Below, one piece after another: positions 41,221 to 52,406 of a stretch of 64,000 nucleotides of DNA. The notes beneath the pieces are model-generated. The model saw nothing but the letters and a program-made list of their open reading frames with translations, searched no databases and was not told where the DNA came from. The position numbers were made by a program, and so were the translations under genes. Source of the stretch: Deltaproteobacteria bacterium (lineage in GTDB: Bacteria; Desulfobacterota; DSM-4660; Desulfatiglandales; Desulfatiglandaceae); NCBI GenBank assembly GCA_034522175.1, contig JAXHLQ010000001.1:4529685-4593684 (forward strand). The letters are read 5' to 3'. The number at the start of each line of letters is the position of its first letter. The first letter of the stretch is position 1.

Positions 41221-41778
41221 CTAAAATTCGGTGATCTCTTTTTCCTTCTGAGCAGTGATGTCATCGATTTTTTTGATAAAATCGTCGGTGATTTTTTGGA
41301 CCTCTTCCTGGCCTTTGAATGCCTCGTCTTCGGATATCTCCTTTTCATTCTTGAGATCTTTCAGCATCTCATTGGCGTCCCGCCTGATATTGCGGATGCT
41401 GATTCGACTGTCTTCAGCCATCCGTTTTGCCAGTTTCGCCAGTTCCTGGCGCCGCTCCTCGGTCAGCGGTGGGATCGATATTCGAATGATATTTCCGTCG
41501 TTCATGGGCGTAAGACCCAATTCGGATTTCAGGATTGCCTTTTCGATATCGCCGATAATGGATTGATCCCATGGTTGGATGGTGATCAAACGGCTTTCCG
41601 GGGCGGACAGGGTGGCCACTTGCTCAAGGGGCATTCGGGTTTCATAACAATCCACTTTGATGCCCTCCAGGAGGGCCGTGGACGCCCTGCCTGTCCGGAT
41701 CTTTTTAAACTCTCTTTCAAGGGCCTCAGCCGTCTTGCTCATTTTTTGGCGCTGCTCAGAAAGGATCTCATCAATCAT
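41221..41778 (-). CDS. frr: Ribosome recycling factor.
   Basis: 185 aa: ...FKKIRTGRASTALLEGIKVDCY...PPLTEERRQELAK... Confidence 0.95.
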   Translation of the reverse strand: MIDEILSEQRQKMSKTAEALEREFKKIRTGRASTALLEGIKVDCYETRMPLEQVATLSAPESRLITIQPWDQSIIGDIEKAILKSELGLTPMNDGNIIRISIPPLTEERRQELAKLAKRMAEDSRISIRNIRRDANEMLKDLKNEKEISEDEAFKGQEEVQKITDDFIKKIDDITAQKEKEITEF

Positions 41779-41816
41779 GGTGTTACCTCTCGTTTCAGAA
41801 TATTTCCCAAGTCAAA

Positions 41817-42419
41817 TCAGCCTTCGGATTCCCCCAGCTGAAATCTGACGAATCGATTGATAACGATGTTCTCACCCGTTTTTGCCATCATCTCGTTGAG
41901 TAAATCCTGAATGGTGATGTCAGGATCCTTTACAAAGGGCTGTTCCAGGAGACAGGCCTCGGAAAAAAACTTCTTGAGTTTTCCCTCCACGATTTTTTCG
42001 ATGACCTTTTCGGGTTTACCGGATTCCTTGGCCTGTGTGGCGTAGATATCTTTTTCATTGTTGAGAATGGATTCAGGAATCCTTTCCCGGTCAATGGCCA
42101 GAGGACTGGTGGCTGCAATCTGCAGGCAGAGATCCCGGACGAATTCGGAGAAGTCATCGTTCTTGCCGGTAAAGTCCGTCTCACAGTTGACTTCCAAAAG
42201 GACGCCGATTTTGCCCCCTGCATGAATATAGGCCTGAATCTGGCCTTGAGAGGTAGTGCGGCCGCCACGCTTTTTTGCGGTTGCGATTCCCTTTTTCCGT
42301 AAATAGTCGACCGCTTTTTCAATATCGCCGTCGGTTTCCTTGAGGGCTGCTTTGCAGTCCATGATACCGACGCCGGTTTTTTCCCTGAGTTCCTTTATGA
42401 GTGATGTCGATAGGGTCAA
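41817..42419 (-). CDS. tsf: Elongation factor Ts (short ~200-aa form).
   Basis: ...LIKELREKTGVGIMDCKAALKETDGDIEKAVDYLRKKG... Apparent TTG start. Confidence 0.9.
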   Translation of the reverse strand: MTLSTSLIKELREKTGVGIMDCKAALKETDGDIEKAVDYLRKKGIATAKKRGGRTTSQGQIQAYIHAGGKIGVLLEVNCETDFTGKNDDFSEFVRDLCLQIAATSPLAIDRERIPESILNNEKDIYATQAKESGKPEKVIEKIVEGKLKKFFSEACLLEQPFVKDPDITIQDLLNEMMAKTGENIVINRFVRFQLGESEG

Positions 42420-42420
42420 T

Positions 42421-43293
42421 TTAACTCTCCTCTTTCACTGAAGTATCTGTTGTTGTCTCATTGGTTTCGGGCGCAGTTGGGGTTTCCCCGCTCCTCGGAA
42501 TAATGATCACTTCCGGACCCCCTTCGTCCTTCTCAACCGGTTCAGGAGGTTCTTCTGCCGCAGCCTCTTTTTCCTTCCGCTGTTGATCTTCCTCCCTCAA
42601 CCGCTGCTCCGCCAGGGTATGGCCTTCAATACAGGCATCCGCCATCTTGGAGGTGATGAGCCGTATGGCGCGTATGGCGTCGTCATTTCCGGGAATAATG
42701 AAATCAATTTCGTCGGGGTCGCAATTTGAATCGGCGATGGCAATCACAGGAATTTGGAGCCTTCTGGCCTCCCGTACCGCAATTTTTTCCCGTTTGGGAT
42801 CAATGACAAAAACCGCACCGGGAAGTTCATCCATATTCTTGATCCCGCCGAGGTTCTTTTCCAGCTTGACCAACTCCCTGTCCATTTCAAGGGCTTCTTT
42901 TTTGGTGTACCGTTGGATGGAGCCGTCTTCTTTCATCCGCTCAAGATCTTTGAGTCGAGCGATGCTCTTTTTGATGGTCTGAAAGTTGGTGAGGGTCCCG
43001 CCAAGCCATCGATTGACCACGAAAAACATCCCGCATCGCTCCGTCTCTTCGATGACGGAATCGCGGGCTTGTTTTTTGGTTCCAACGAAAAGAACGGGGT
43101 ATCCGTCAGCCACCGTTTTGACCACGAAATCGTAGGCGGTCTTGATGAGCCTTACGGTTTTTTGAAGGTCGATGATGTGAATACCGTTTCGTGCCCCGAA
43201 GATAAAGGGCTTCATCTTCGGATTCCAGCGGCGGGTTTGGTGTCCAAAATGAACGCCCGCCTCCAAAAGCTGTTTCATGGTAATAATTGCCAT
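42421..43293 (-). CDS. rpsB: 30S ribosomal protein S2 (with an acidic C-terminal tail).
   Basis: [27 protein letters not shown]... Confidence 0.95.
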   Translation of the reverse strand: MAIITMKQLLEAGVHFGHQTRRWNPKMKPFIFGARNGIHIIDLQKTVRLIKTAYDFVVKTVADGYPVLFVGTKKQARDSVIEETERCGMFFVVNRWLGGTLTNFQTIKKSIARLKDLERMKEDGSIQRYTKKEALEMDRELVKLEKNLGGIKNMDELPGAVFVIDPKREKIAVREARRLQIPVIAIADSNCDPDEIDFIIPGNDDAIRAIRLITSKMADACIEGHTLAEQRLREEDQQRKEKEAAAEEPPEPVEKDEGGPEVIIIPRSGETPTAPETNETTTDTSVKEES

Positions 43294-43311
43294 AAATGCC
43301 TCCCTGTTTTG

Positions 43312-43332
43312 GGGAGATCCTGATGATCTCCC
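43312..43332 (-). promoter_or_regulatory. Perfect 8-bp hairpin in the rpsB 5' leader, 7 nt upstream of the Shine-Dalgarno sequence.
   Basis: GGGAGATC-ctgat-GATCTCCC. The SD (complement of CCTCCC) is at 43299-43304. Confidence 0.35.
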
Positions 43333-43757
43333 TACCGGTTTTTCCTCGGTTCAGGGTATTTCACACCCCGGGGCAAAAGGGCACTGGCAAACGCCTGAAC
43401 CTGTGAAGTGAGTTGGTGATCGTCCGTTTAGATCCTTGAGCTGAAACGCATTGTTTGATACGATGATGCCCGATCGCGTTTAGAGCGCCTCATGCTGGAT
43501 GAGGAGTTGCCCCACCATGGCCAAAATTCGATAAACTGTTATAAATATCAGATTCGACATGCTTTGCAAGAAAAAAATGAGCGTGGAGCCGGTTTGATGT
43601 AAAAAGACCTTGAACGTCCGGCAAGGTGTGAGAAAATGAAATGAGGCCCGGCAATGGTCTCTTCTCAGTAAATCGGGGCCTGCCCCTGATTATTGAGATG
43701 TTACCGGCAATGCGTTCTTATCGTATGTGAGGTTCGCCGGAGGGGAGATAGATAAGG

Positions 43758-44930
43758 TTGAAACACGAAGCACTGCTTTTTGAATTAAGGAGTGGATTGG
43801 ACCTCAAGGAACGGGAGGGATTTTCCCCACAGGCATGTCTCAGCAGTGAAGCCATTCGGGATAAGGCAGAGCCCGACATCGACAGGGGGCATCGGCAGAA
43901 TTTCTCGGTGGACGCAGACAGGATACTCCACTCGCTTGCCTATTCCCGCTATATCGATAAGACCCAGGTGTTTTATCTCATCAAACATGATCATATCACC
44001 CACCGGGTCCTCCATGTACAGCTTGTATCCAAGATCGCCCGGAATGTCGGCCGCTTGTTAAGGCTCAACGAAGACCTGGTCGAAGCCATCGCTCTGGGTC
44101 ACGATATCGGCCATGCGCCTTTTGGGCACGACGGGGAGACATTTCTCTCTGAGCTCTGTAAAGCCCACGGCATCGGTGCCTTCCTACACAATGTTCAAAG
44201 TGTCCGGTTCCTTCAGGAGATCGAGCGAAAGGGGAGGGGATGGAATCTGACGCTTCAGGTCTTGGACGGCATTTTTTGTCACGATGGTGAGATTCATACC
44301 CAATCTCTGACACCGGTCAGGGAAAAAAGCTTCAGCGATTTGTACGCGGAGATGGAGCAAAAGCGCCGGGACATCTCAAAAGACGTTCGACCCATGACCC
44401 TGGAGGGGTGTGTGGTGAGGATGGCCGATACCATCAGTTACGTGGGGCGGGATATTGAGGACGCCATCCGGCTCGGCATCATCACCCGAAAAGACCTTCC
44501 ATTGGCATGTACGCGCGTCCTCGGGGATACCAATGGGACCATTGTCTACACGCTGGTTCAAGATCTCATCTATAACAGTCTAAAGCGGCCCTTTGTCCGG
44601 TTCAGTGAAGAAGTCGGAACAGCGCTCCGTGATCTGAAGGGGTTCAGCAGGAACCGCATCTATAATGACCCCCGCGTAAAGGCCCAGACGGGAAAAATTA
44701 AACTCATGTTTGAACTCCTTTTTGAACGATATCTTGAGGACCTGCGCTCGGAAAATGATTCTTCAGACATTTACAAGGGTTTCTTGGATGGGATGTCAGG
44801 GACGTATGTTGAGAAGAACCGGGACGCTGAAATCGTCAGAGATTTCATCGCCGGGATGACGGACGACTATTTCTTGAAACAATGCCACAAGTATTTAATT
44901 CCCATAATAAAATCAGAGATCTTATCATAA
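43758..44930 (+). CDS. dGTPase-like HD-domain deoxynucleoside triphosphate triphosphohydrolase family protein.
   Basis: ...FSVDADRILHSLAYSRYIDKTQVF...ITHRVLHVQLVSKIAR...ALGHDIGHAPFGHDGE... Apparent TTG start after GGAGGGGAG. Confidence 0.8.
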   Translation: MKHEALLFELRSGLDLKEREGFSPQACLSSEAIRDKAEPDIDRGHRQNFSVDADRILHSLAYSRYIDKTQVFYLIKHDHITHRVLHVQLVSKIARNVGRLLRLNEDLVEAIALGHDIGHAPFGHDGETFLSELCKAHGIGAFLHNVQSVRFLQEIERKGRGWNLTLQVLDGIFCHDGEIHTQSLTPVREKSFSDLYAEMEQKRRDISKDVRPMTLEGCVVRMADTISYVGRDIEDAIRLGIITRKDLPLACTRVLGDTNGTIVYTLVQDLIYNSLKRPFVRFSEEVGTALRDLKGFSRNRIYNDPRVKAQTGKIKLMFELLFERYLEDLRSENDSSDIYKGFLDGMSGTYVEKNRDAEIVRDFIAGMTDDYFLKQCHKYLIPIIKSEILS

Positions 44931-45275
44931 ACCGCCGATTCCCCCCAAATGATGTCCCTTGGGCGCCGCGGCCGTGGTCTTCATGAGACCGGCGTTTGGT
45001 TGACCGATCCGTGTTCGCCTGTTGGGCGACGGTCCCTTTGAGTGTGGATACCCCTTTTTTCAATATTTTTCACCAAAATGTGTTGACAAAAAAAGTGACA
45101 GCGAGTAATGGTAGAGCCGCATAATGGGACGGCGTCCCGCAATCATAATTTCTTTTCCAATCTCTCAAAACGACATCATCAGACAAAAGCGCACGTGCTG
45201 ATGAAGACCATAGAAAGCACATTAAATATCCTCATCAAAACAACATTATCATTCATCAATGGAGGCCTGTAGATT

Positions 45276-46097
45276 ATGGTCCAGGTTGGAGAGCTTAAAG
45301 AAGGCGACACCATCTTGAGGCTCGAGGACGTGCATATGTCCTTTGGCAAGGTTGCGGCGTTGGCAGGGATTAATTTAGATGTAAAAAAGGGACATATCCA
45401 CTCCATTATCGGTCCGAACGGGGCGGGAAAGACCGTTATGATGAACTGCATCAACGGTCTCTACAGACCCCAGAAGGGGAACATCTTCCTGAAGGGACAG
45501 AAAGTGAACCATCTGCGCCCTCACAAACGAGCCGAATTGGGCCTTTCCAGGACATTTCAGAAACTGGAGCTTTTCGGGGGCATGACGGTGCTCGACAACA
45601 TCCGTCTCGGGAGGCATGTTCATCTCAAGAGCGGTATATTCAGTGGTTCCGTCTATGTGGGAAAAACAAAAGCCGAAGAAATCGAGTCCAGAAAGTTTAT
45701 CGAGGAGGAGATTATTGACCTTCTGGAAATAGAGAGCATCCGGGACAAGCCGGCCCATATGCTCCCCTATGGTCTCCAGAAACGTGTTGAACTGGGACGG
45801 GCGCTGGCACTCAATCCAGAGCTCATTCTGCTGGATGAACCGCTGGCCGGATTGAACCTGGAAGAGGTGGAAGACATGGCCCGGTTTATTCTGGACATCA
45901 ATGAGGAGAAGCGCTGGCAGGTGACCTGTGTGTTGGTGGAGCATGACATGGGCGTGGTCATGGACATTTCCCATCGGGTCAATGTGTTGAATTTCGGTAT
46001 TCAGATCATGGACGGGACCCCCGAAGATGTTCAGGCAAATCCCGAGGTGGTCAAGGCATACTTGGGCGAAGAGGACTTGTATTCCACAAGGAGGTAG
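45276..46097 (+). CDS. ABC transporter ATP-binding protein, LivG-like.
   Basis: Walker A GPNGAGKT, the signature-equivalent LPYGLQKRVELGRAL and Walker B LILLDEP. Confidence 0.85.
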   Translation: MVQVGELKEGDTILRLEDVHMSFGKVAALAGINLDVKKGHIHSIIGPNGAGKTVMMNCINGLYRPQKGNIFLKGQKVNHLRPHKRAELGLSRTFQKLELFGGMTVLDNIRLGRHVHLKSGIFSGSVYVGKTKAEEIESRKFIEEEIIDLLEIESIRDKPAHMLPYGLQKRVELGRALALNPELILLDEPLAGLNLEEVEDMARFILDINEEKRWQVTCVLVEHDMGVVMDISHRVNVLNFGIQIMDGTPEDVQANPEVVKAYLGEEDLYSTRR

Positions 46098-46105
46098 AGG
46101 AAACG

Positions 46106-48034
46106 ATGAGTGGATCCGGGATAGAGATCACAAAAGAACTCACCATCCCCAAGCTTTTTCTTAGGCAGTGCAAGAAGTACGGCAAGGATAAGGTGGCCAT
46201 GCGGGAAAAGGAGTTCGGCATTTGGATCCCGTTTACATGGCAGGACTATTATGAAAACGTCAAATATCTTACCTTGGGCATGGTCAGCTTAGGCTTAAAG
46301 CCCGGAGACAAGGTGGCCATGATCGGGGACAACCGACCGGAAGGACTGTGGGCGGAAATGGCCGCACTGTGTGCCGGGGGCATCGGGGTCTGGTTGTTTC
46401 AGGATTGTATGATGGAGGAGGTCAAGTACATCATCGATCATTCCGATGCGAAGATCTTTGTGGGTGAAACCCAGGAAGAAGTGGACAAGGCCATCCTCAT
46501 CAAAGATGATTGCCCCAAGCTGGAAACCGTCATATGGGACGATCCCAAGGGGATGCGGAATTACCACCAGGAGTACCTCATCAGCATAAGAAAGGTTCAG
46601 GACCTGGGCAGGGAATTTGAGAAAAAGGAACCGGATTTTTTTGAAAAGCGGATCAACGAGGGTCACGGCGATGATGTCTGCCTCCTCTTTTATACCTCCG
46701 GTACCACCGCGCTCCCCAAAGGGGCCCTCTTGAGTCACTGGAACATGCTGACCATGGGAAAGAACCTGATGGCCGTGGATCCCTGTTATGACACCGATGA
46801 CTTTGTCTCCTATCTCCCCTTTGCATGGATCGGGGAACAGATGATGTCCATTTCCTGCGGGCTTCAAATGGGCTATACCCTGAATTTTCCGGAAGAGCCT
46901 GAGACCGCCCAGGAAAATATCCGGGAAATCGGTCCCCACGTCATGTTTGCGCCGCCGAGGATGTATGAGGGAATGACCCGTCAGGTCCAGGTCAAGTATA
47001 TCGATTCAACCTGGATCAAGCGAAAGGCCTATGAGCTTTCCACCAAGGTGGGCTATCACGTGGCCGATCTGCAGTTCGATAAAAGGCCGGTCCCGGTGGG
47101 GTGGCGGATCTTGCACTGGATCGGTTACGCGCTGGTTCAGAAAAAATTAAAGGATCACCTGGGCATGTCCCGGCTTCGCAATTCCTACACGGGCGGGGCC
47201 GCCATGGGACCGGATCACTTCCGCTTTTTTCACGCCCTCGGGGTCAATCTCAAGCAGATTTACGGGCAGACCGAGGTGGCGGGCATCTCCATCGTGCACC
47301 GGGACGGGGATATCAAGTTCGATACGGTGGGCACCCCCATTCCGGAAACAGAGGTTAAGATCACCGAGGACGGCGAGATTATCACCAAGAGCCCTTCTGT
47401 ATTTTTAGGCTACTACAAGAACGACGAGGCCACACAAAAAACCCTGGTGGACGGCTGGCTCTATTCCGGGGACAGGGGATTCATAGATGAAGACGGGCAT
47501 CTCGTGGTTTTTGACCGGTCCAAGGATGTCATGACCCTGAGTGACGGCAGACCGTTCTCACCGCAATACTTGGAAACCCGGTTGAAATTCAGTCCGTTTA
47601 TCCAGGAGGCATGGGCCATCGGAGACAAACGGGATTACATCACCGCCGTCATGTGCATTGATTATTCAGTGGTGGGGAAATGGGCCGACGACAAGAAACT
47701 CAACTACACCAGCTATCATGAACTGTCTCAGAAACCCGAAGTATACCAACTGGTGAAAGAACAGATCGAGGAGGCCAACAAAGATCTTCCCGCACCGGCC
47801 CGGATCGCCAGATTTGTGAACCTTTACAAGGTGTTTGATGCGGATGATGAAGAGCTGACCCGGACGTCCAAGTTGCGGCGGGCCTTTGTGGGCGAAAGAT
47901 ACAAGGACATTGTGGATGCCCTGTATTCGGATAGAGATGTGGTGCATATGGATACCAAGATAACCTATGAGGACGGCAGGGAGCAGCGCATCAGGACCGA
48001 CCTGCATGTCGAAAAAATCAACGTGGGGGATTAA
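46106..48034 (+). CDS. AMP-forming acyl-CoA ligase (long-chain-fatty-acid--CoA ligase-like), embedded in the ABC operon.
   Basis: 642 aa with the AMP-binding motif LFYTSGTTALPKGA, followed by ...YGQTE... and GWLYSGDRGFIDEDGHLVVFDRSKD. Confidence 0.85.
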   Translation: MSGSGIEITKELTIPKLFLRQCKKYGKDKVAMREKEFGIWIPFTWQDYYENVKYLTLGMVSLGLKPGDKVAMIGDNRPEGLWAEMAALCAGGIGVWLFQDCMMEEVKYIIDHSDAKIFVGETQEEVDKAILIKDDCPKLETVIWDDPKGMRNYHQEYLISIRKVQDLGREFEKKEPDFFEKRINEGHGDDVCLLFYTSGTTALPKGALLSHWNMLTMGKNLMAVDPCYDTDDFVSYLPFAWIGEQMMSISCGLQMGYTLNFPEEPETAQENIREIGPHVMFAPPRMYEGMTRQVQVKYIDSTWIKRKAYELSTKVGYHVADLQFDKRPVPVGWRILHWIGYALVQKKLKDHLGMSRLRNSYTGGAAMGPDHFRFFHALGVNLKQIYGQTEVAGISIVHRDGDIKFDTVGTPIPETEVKITEDGEIITKSPSVFLGYYKNDEATQKTLVDGWLYSGDRGFIDEDGHLVVFDRSKDVMTLSDGRPFSPQYLETRLKFSPFIQEAWAIGDKRDYITAVMCIDYSVVGKWADDKKLNYTSYHELSQKPEVYQLVKEQIEEANKDLPAPARIARFVNLYKVFDADDEELTRTSKLRRAFVGERYKDIVDALYSDRDVVHMDTKITYEDGREQRIRTDLHVEKINVGD

Positions 48035-48052
48035 GGAGGGGAGTTTTAAGAT

Positions 48053-48937
48053 ATGGAACTGTTTTTGATGACCGCGACCACGGGTATTTTGGTGGGTGGG
48101 ATCTATGCACTGGTTGCATTGGGTTGGGTGCTCATCTACAAGTGCTCCGGTGTGTTGAATCTGGCCATGGGTGAGCTGACCCTTATCGGGGCCTATGTAA
48201 CCTACTCTTTTCATTCAGTGGGCATCCCCTTTATTCCATCGGTACTCCTGACATTGCTGGTGGGGATTGTTCTGGGGGTCCTGACCGAGCGGATATTCCT
48301 GGACAAACTCATCGGCGAGCCCGTTCTGGCGGTCATCATGGTCACCGTGGGGCTCTCCTTCTTTTTAAAAGGGCTCATCGGATATACCTGGGGATCGGAC
48401 ACCCGGGTCTTCACCCCGCCGGTTTTTGAAATCAAACCCATTGCCGTAGGGATGCTCAGAATATCGCCCGTATACCTGTGGTCGTTTATCCTGGCCATTG
48501 TCCTTCTGGTGGCCTTTGTCTGTTTTTTTAAATACACCCGCTGGGGCCTTTCCATGCAGGCCACGGCCGATGATGAAACCGCGGCCCTCTCCCTCGGGGT
48601 GAGCGCCCGCTTTGTGTACGCGTCCGCCTGGGCCATTGCATTTATGAGTGCGGGGGTGGGCGGTGCGCTTCTTGGAAATATCAACGGGATCAATATTTCC
48701 GTGGGATACCTGGGGTTGCTGGTGTTGCCGGCCGTGGTCCTCGGGGGCCTCAACTCGGTGCCCGGCGCCATTGTGGGCGGTATTCTCATCGGGTTGCTCC
48801 AGAATTTTTCAGGGACCTATCTGGACCAATATTTTCCCGGCGGCGTAAAGACGATTGTCCCCTTTGCCTTTATGGCGGTATTCCTCCTGTTCAAGCCTTA
48901 CGGTCTGTGGGGATGGGAGCGGATTGAGAGAGTGTAG
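48053..48937 (+). CDS. Branched-chain-amino-acid-type ABC permease, LivH-like.
   Basis: 294 aa polytopic protein with typical LivH-family sequence. Confidence 0.85.
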   Translation: MELFLMTATTGILVGGIYALVALGWVLIYKCSGVLNLAMGELTLIGAYVTYSFHSVGIPFIPSVLLTLLVGIVLGVLTERIFLDKLIGEPVLAVIMVTVGLSFFLKGLIGYTWGSDTRVFTPPVFEIKPIAVGMLRISPVYLWSFILAIVLLVAFVCFFKYTRWGLSMQATADDETAALSLGVSARFVYASAWAIAFMSAGVGGALLGNINGINISVGYLGLLVLPAVVLGGLNSVPGAIVGGILIGLLQNFSGTYLDQYFPGGVKTIVPFAFMAVFLLFKPYGLWGWERIERV

Positions 48938-49007
48938 GCTGCTAGTACGAAGATGAAACCGAATGGGGCTTTTAGAACCTTTACTGTAACCATGAAGAGG
49001 TAATGAT

Positions 49008-50107
49008 ATGTCCAGTGTGTGGCTACCTTGCGGTGATTATCATTGGAATTATGCACAGGATCAGGGGTGGTGGCAGACCCGATTTTTAAAGGGGAAGATG
49101 CTCCTCCTTCTCGCGGTGGTTTTCATCGGGATCCCCCTGTTTCTGGATGACTACTGGATCGGTGTGAGCACCATGGTGGGGTATACGGCCATGGGGGCCT
49201 TGGGCGTTCAGCTCCTCATCGGGTATGCGGGGCTGCTCACCCTGGGTCATGCCGCCTTTATTGCGGTGGGGGCCTATACCAGCGTGATGTTGATTCTGCA
49301 GTTTCCGTGGCCCCAGTTTATGATAGAGTGGGGGATCGCCTATCCGGTGAGCATTGTCATGGCCGGGATCGTGGCCGGGTTATGGAGTGTGCTCTTTGGT
49401 CTGCCGTCCGTCAAGGTGAAAGGGTTTTATCTGATCCTGACCACCATGGCGGCCCAATTCATCACCGTGGATTTCATTCTCACCCAGTATATCAGTCAGA
49501 TCGGCGGCCGAGGCCAGGCCTTTTCCCTCCCCCCGGGACCATCAAGATGGGTCCCTGGGTTATTGATACGGAGAAAACTACATATTACGTGATGGCGGTC
49601 TTGCTCTCGTTGATGATTATTGTGCTGGCCAACCTGCTCAGGTCCCGGGCCGGCCGGGCCTGGGTGGCCATCCGGGACAACGATATCGCTGCCGAGGCCC
49701 TGGGAATCAATATTGTCTGGTACAAGCTTCTGGCCTTTTTCGTGGCCGGGTTTATGGCCGGTGTGGCCGGGGCCTTTTGGGTCTGTAACACGGCCGCCCT
49801 GAGCCCGGAGCACTTTCAGTGGTTCCTCTCCCTGTGGCTGGTCGGCGTTATCCTGATCGGTGGCGTGGGGTCCATTCAGGGGGCGGTTTTCGGATCCATC
49901 TTTATGGTGGTGGTCATGGAGTTGCTGCAAATGGCTGTGCTGCCCCTGGCGGACTTTTATCCCAAAGTGCTCATGAATTTCGCTTATGTAAAGGACATGG
50001 CCTTTGGGCTGGCCATCTGCGCCTTTCTGATCTATGAACCCAACGGACTTGCCTATCGCTGGTGGCAGGCCAAGAACTACTTTAATTTATGGCCGTTTTC
50101 CTATTAA
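49008..50107 (+). CDS. Branched-chain-amino-acid-type ABC permease, LivM-like, with a frameshift in the C6G3 run at 49529-49537.
   Basis: ORFs 49008..49592 and 49307..50107 join when one base is added: ...QIGGRGQAFSLPPGTIKMGPWVIDTEKTTYYVMAVLL... Confidence 0.8.
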
Positions 50108-50219
50108 TTTTCCATTAGCAGAATGAAAGGAGGTGAAGACATCTTCAGCACAGAAGCTTCGATTGGCCAATGAAATGGAACAGGTAAAGCCTTTTTAACT
50201 GCAACAAGGGGGTAAATCG

Positions 50220-51480
50220 ATGAAAAAAGGGATTTTTTTGAGACTTTTGGTACCATGTTTGGCTGTGGTTTTCCTGAACGGCGTTTTCAACCACTGCGCT
50301 GGCAAAGGAAATCAAGATCGGCGGCATCATGGATACTACCGGTGCGACGTCTGATGTGGGCAAGGATTATGCCATCGGGATGGATGACGCCTACAAGTAT
50401 ATCAATTCTCAAGGAGGGGTGGACGGGTTAAAGATAAAATACAGGTGGTTTGACTACGGCTACCGGATTCCGGAGGCCATCACCAAGTATAAACTCGTAA
50501 AAAGGCTGGGGAGTGTGGTCATCATGGGATGGGGAACCGGCGACACCGAGGCTTTGTCCCCTACGGTGAACAAAGACAAGATTCCTTATGTGTCCGCATC
50601 TTATTCGGCGCATCTGACCGATCCCAAGAAGTCACGCTACAACCTCTTTTTCTCTTCCGACTATTCCACCAATGCCAGGTCAGCCATTACCGCCTGGCAT
50701 GATAAGGTATGGAAGAACCATCCGGATAACGGCAAGAGAAAGCCCAGGTTCGCGTGCTGTTATATGTTTGCATCCCCCTATTGCTCTGCACCCATCAAGG
50801 CCATCAAGGACCAGGCCAAGCTTCTGGGATTTGAGGTCGGTCCGGACCAGGACGTTTCCCTGTTTGCCCTGGATACCAAGAGCCAGATCATGGCATTGAA
50901 GGAATTCAAGCCCGATTTGGTGTGGCACGGCAATACCACCATGTCGGTGGCCGCCACCATCAGGGACGCCTATGGTCTGGAGCTGGGGGCGGACTGGATT
51001 GTGGACAACTGGGGGTTTGACGAAAACCTGCCCCGCCTGGCCGGCGAGGCGGCCGAAGGGGTCATGGGAGCCACGCCCTGTGCGTTCTTTGGGCAGGATG
51101 TGAAGAACATGGACAAGGTGGTCTCCGCGGCCGAGACCTACAGCCCGGGAATCCCCTTAGGCAAGCGTTTAAATCGGACGGTCCAGGCCTGGGGCGATGC
51201 CCTGATCACCTGGGAGGCCTTGAAAAGGGCCAAAAAGGCGGGCGTGGATGTGACAGACCAGAAAGCCGGCCCTGAAATCATGGTGAAAGGCTATGAGACC
51301 ATGCGCAACTATGACATTGGTCTGGGGGCCGCGCCCATCAGCTTTACGGCGACCGATCACAGACCCGCCACCGGATGCCGCATCCAGGTATGGAAAGACG
51401 GTAAATTCCAGGTGGTGGAGGATGTCAATCTCAAAAAGCGGTGGCCCGAAAAGTGGGAAAAGGAATGGTTAGGATGGTAA
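50220..51480 (+). CDS. ABC substrate-binding protein (LivK/type-I PBP-like). The signal-peptide region is out of frame with the mature domain (indel near 50277).
   Basis: ATG 50220 reads MKKGIFLRLLVPCLAVVFL. The next frame continues TAFSTTALAKEIKIGGIMDTTGATSDVGKDY..., which is tracked ORF 50329..51480. Confidence 0.75.
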
Positions 51481-51513
51481 TGAAGCGTACATATCACCCT
51501 TGGAGGTAGGGTC

Positions 51514-52323
51514 TTGGAGACATCAGAGGCGATATTAGAGATCAAGAATATTGAGGTGAAGTACCACGAGGTCATTTTGGTCCTCAAGGGCGTCTCCATT
51601 GAGCTGGACCGCGGGGGGATCGTGGCCCTTCTCGGCGCCAACGGCGCCGGGAAGAGCACCACCCTCAAGGCCATCTCCGGATTGCTGAAAACCGAAGACG
51701 GGGAGGTCACGGACGGCAGCATCGAATATGAGGGACGCCGGATCGACCACGACAAGGCAGCCAATATTGCCAAGGCGGGAATTGTCCAGGTCATCGAAGG
51801 CCGGAGGATTTTCGAACATCTCACCGTGGAGGAAAATCTCAAGGTGGGGGCTCACTTACGAAAGACCGGCTCGGTAAAGGACGGCCTGGAAACGGTATAC
51901 CACTATTTTCCCAGACTGATGGAAAAACGCAATGAGGTTGCCGGGTTTGTCAGTGGTGGAGAACAACAGATGACGGTTGTGGGAAGGGCCCTGATGACCG
52001 AGCCTAAACTGGTCTTGCTGGACGAGCCTTCAATGGGCCTGGCGCCCATGCTGATTCGTGAAATCTTTAATATCATCACCAAACTCAATAAGGAGCAGAA
52101 GATATCCATTCTCCTGGTGGAACAGAACGTGAAGCTGGCCTTGAATGTGGCGCCCTACGCCTATGTCATGGAGACCGGGCGGATTGTGATGGACGATACT
52201 TCTGAAACCTTGAGCCAAAATGAGGATATTAAGGATTTCTACCTCGGCATGGGCGGAAAGGGTGAGAAAAAGAACTTTCGCGATGTAAAGCATTACAAGA
52301 GAAGAAAACGGTGGTTGTCCTGA
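51514..52323 (+). CDS. ABC transporter ATP-binding protein, LivF-like.
   Basis: Walker A GANGAGKST, signature-like VSGGEQQM and Walker B LVLLDEPS. Confidence 0.85.
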   Translation: METSEAILEIKNIEVKYHEVILVLKGVSIELDRGGIVALLGANGAGKSTTLKAISGLLKTEDGEVTDGSIEYEGRRIDHDKAANIAKAGIVQVIEGRRIFEHLTVEENLKVGAHLRKTGSVKDGLETVYHYFPRLMEKRNEVAGFVSGGEQQMTVVGRALMTEPKLVLLDEPSMGLAPMLIREIFNIITKLNKEQKISILLVEQNVKLALNVAPYAYVMETGRIVMDDTSETLSQNEDIKDFYLGMGGKGEKKNFRDVKHYKRRKRWLS

Positions 52324-52406
52324 CAAGCATGGGGTAACCCACGGCGGATGATCTTAGACATAAATGGTTTCACGTCACGGAGCATCCGTAATCAAAAGGG
52401 AGGTCA

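Noticed and set aside
43758-44930. The dGTPase-like HD protein as an anti-phage nucleotide-depletion defence gene.
   Set aside because: It stands alone between rpsB and a metabolic ABC operon, with no neighbouring defence, mobile or hypothetical genes. The housekeeping dGTPase-like family is widespread.
45083-45111. A sigma70 promoter TTGACA-17-TAATGG upstream of the Liv-type operon.
   Set aside because: The -35 hexamer is perfect, but the -10 candidate lacks the invariant final T. It is not supported well enough to list as a feature.
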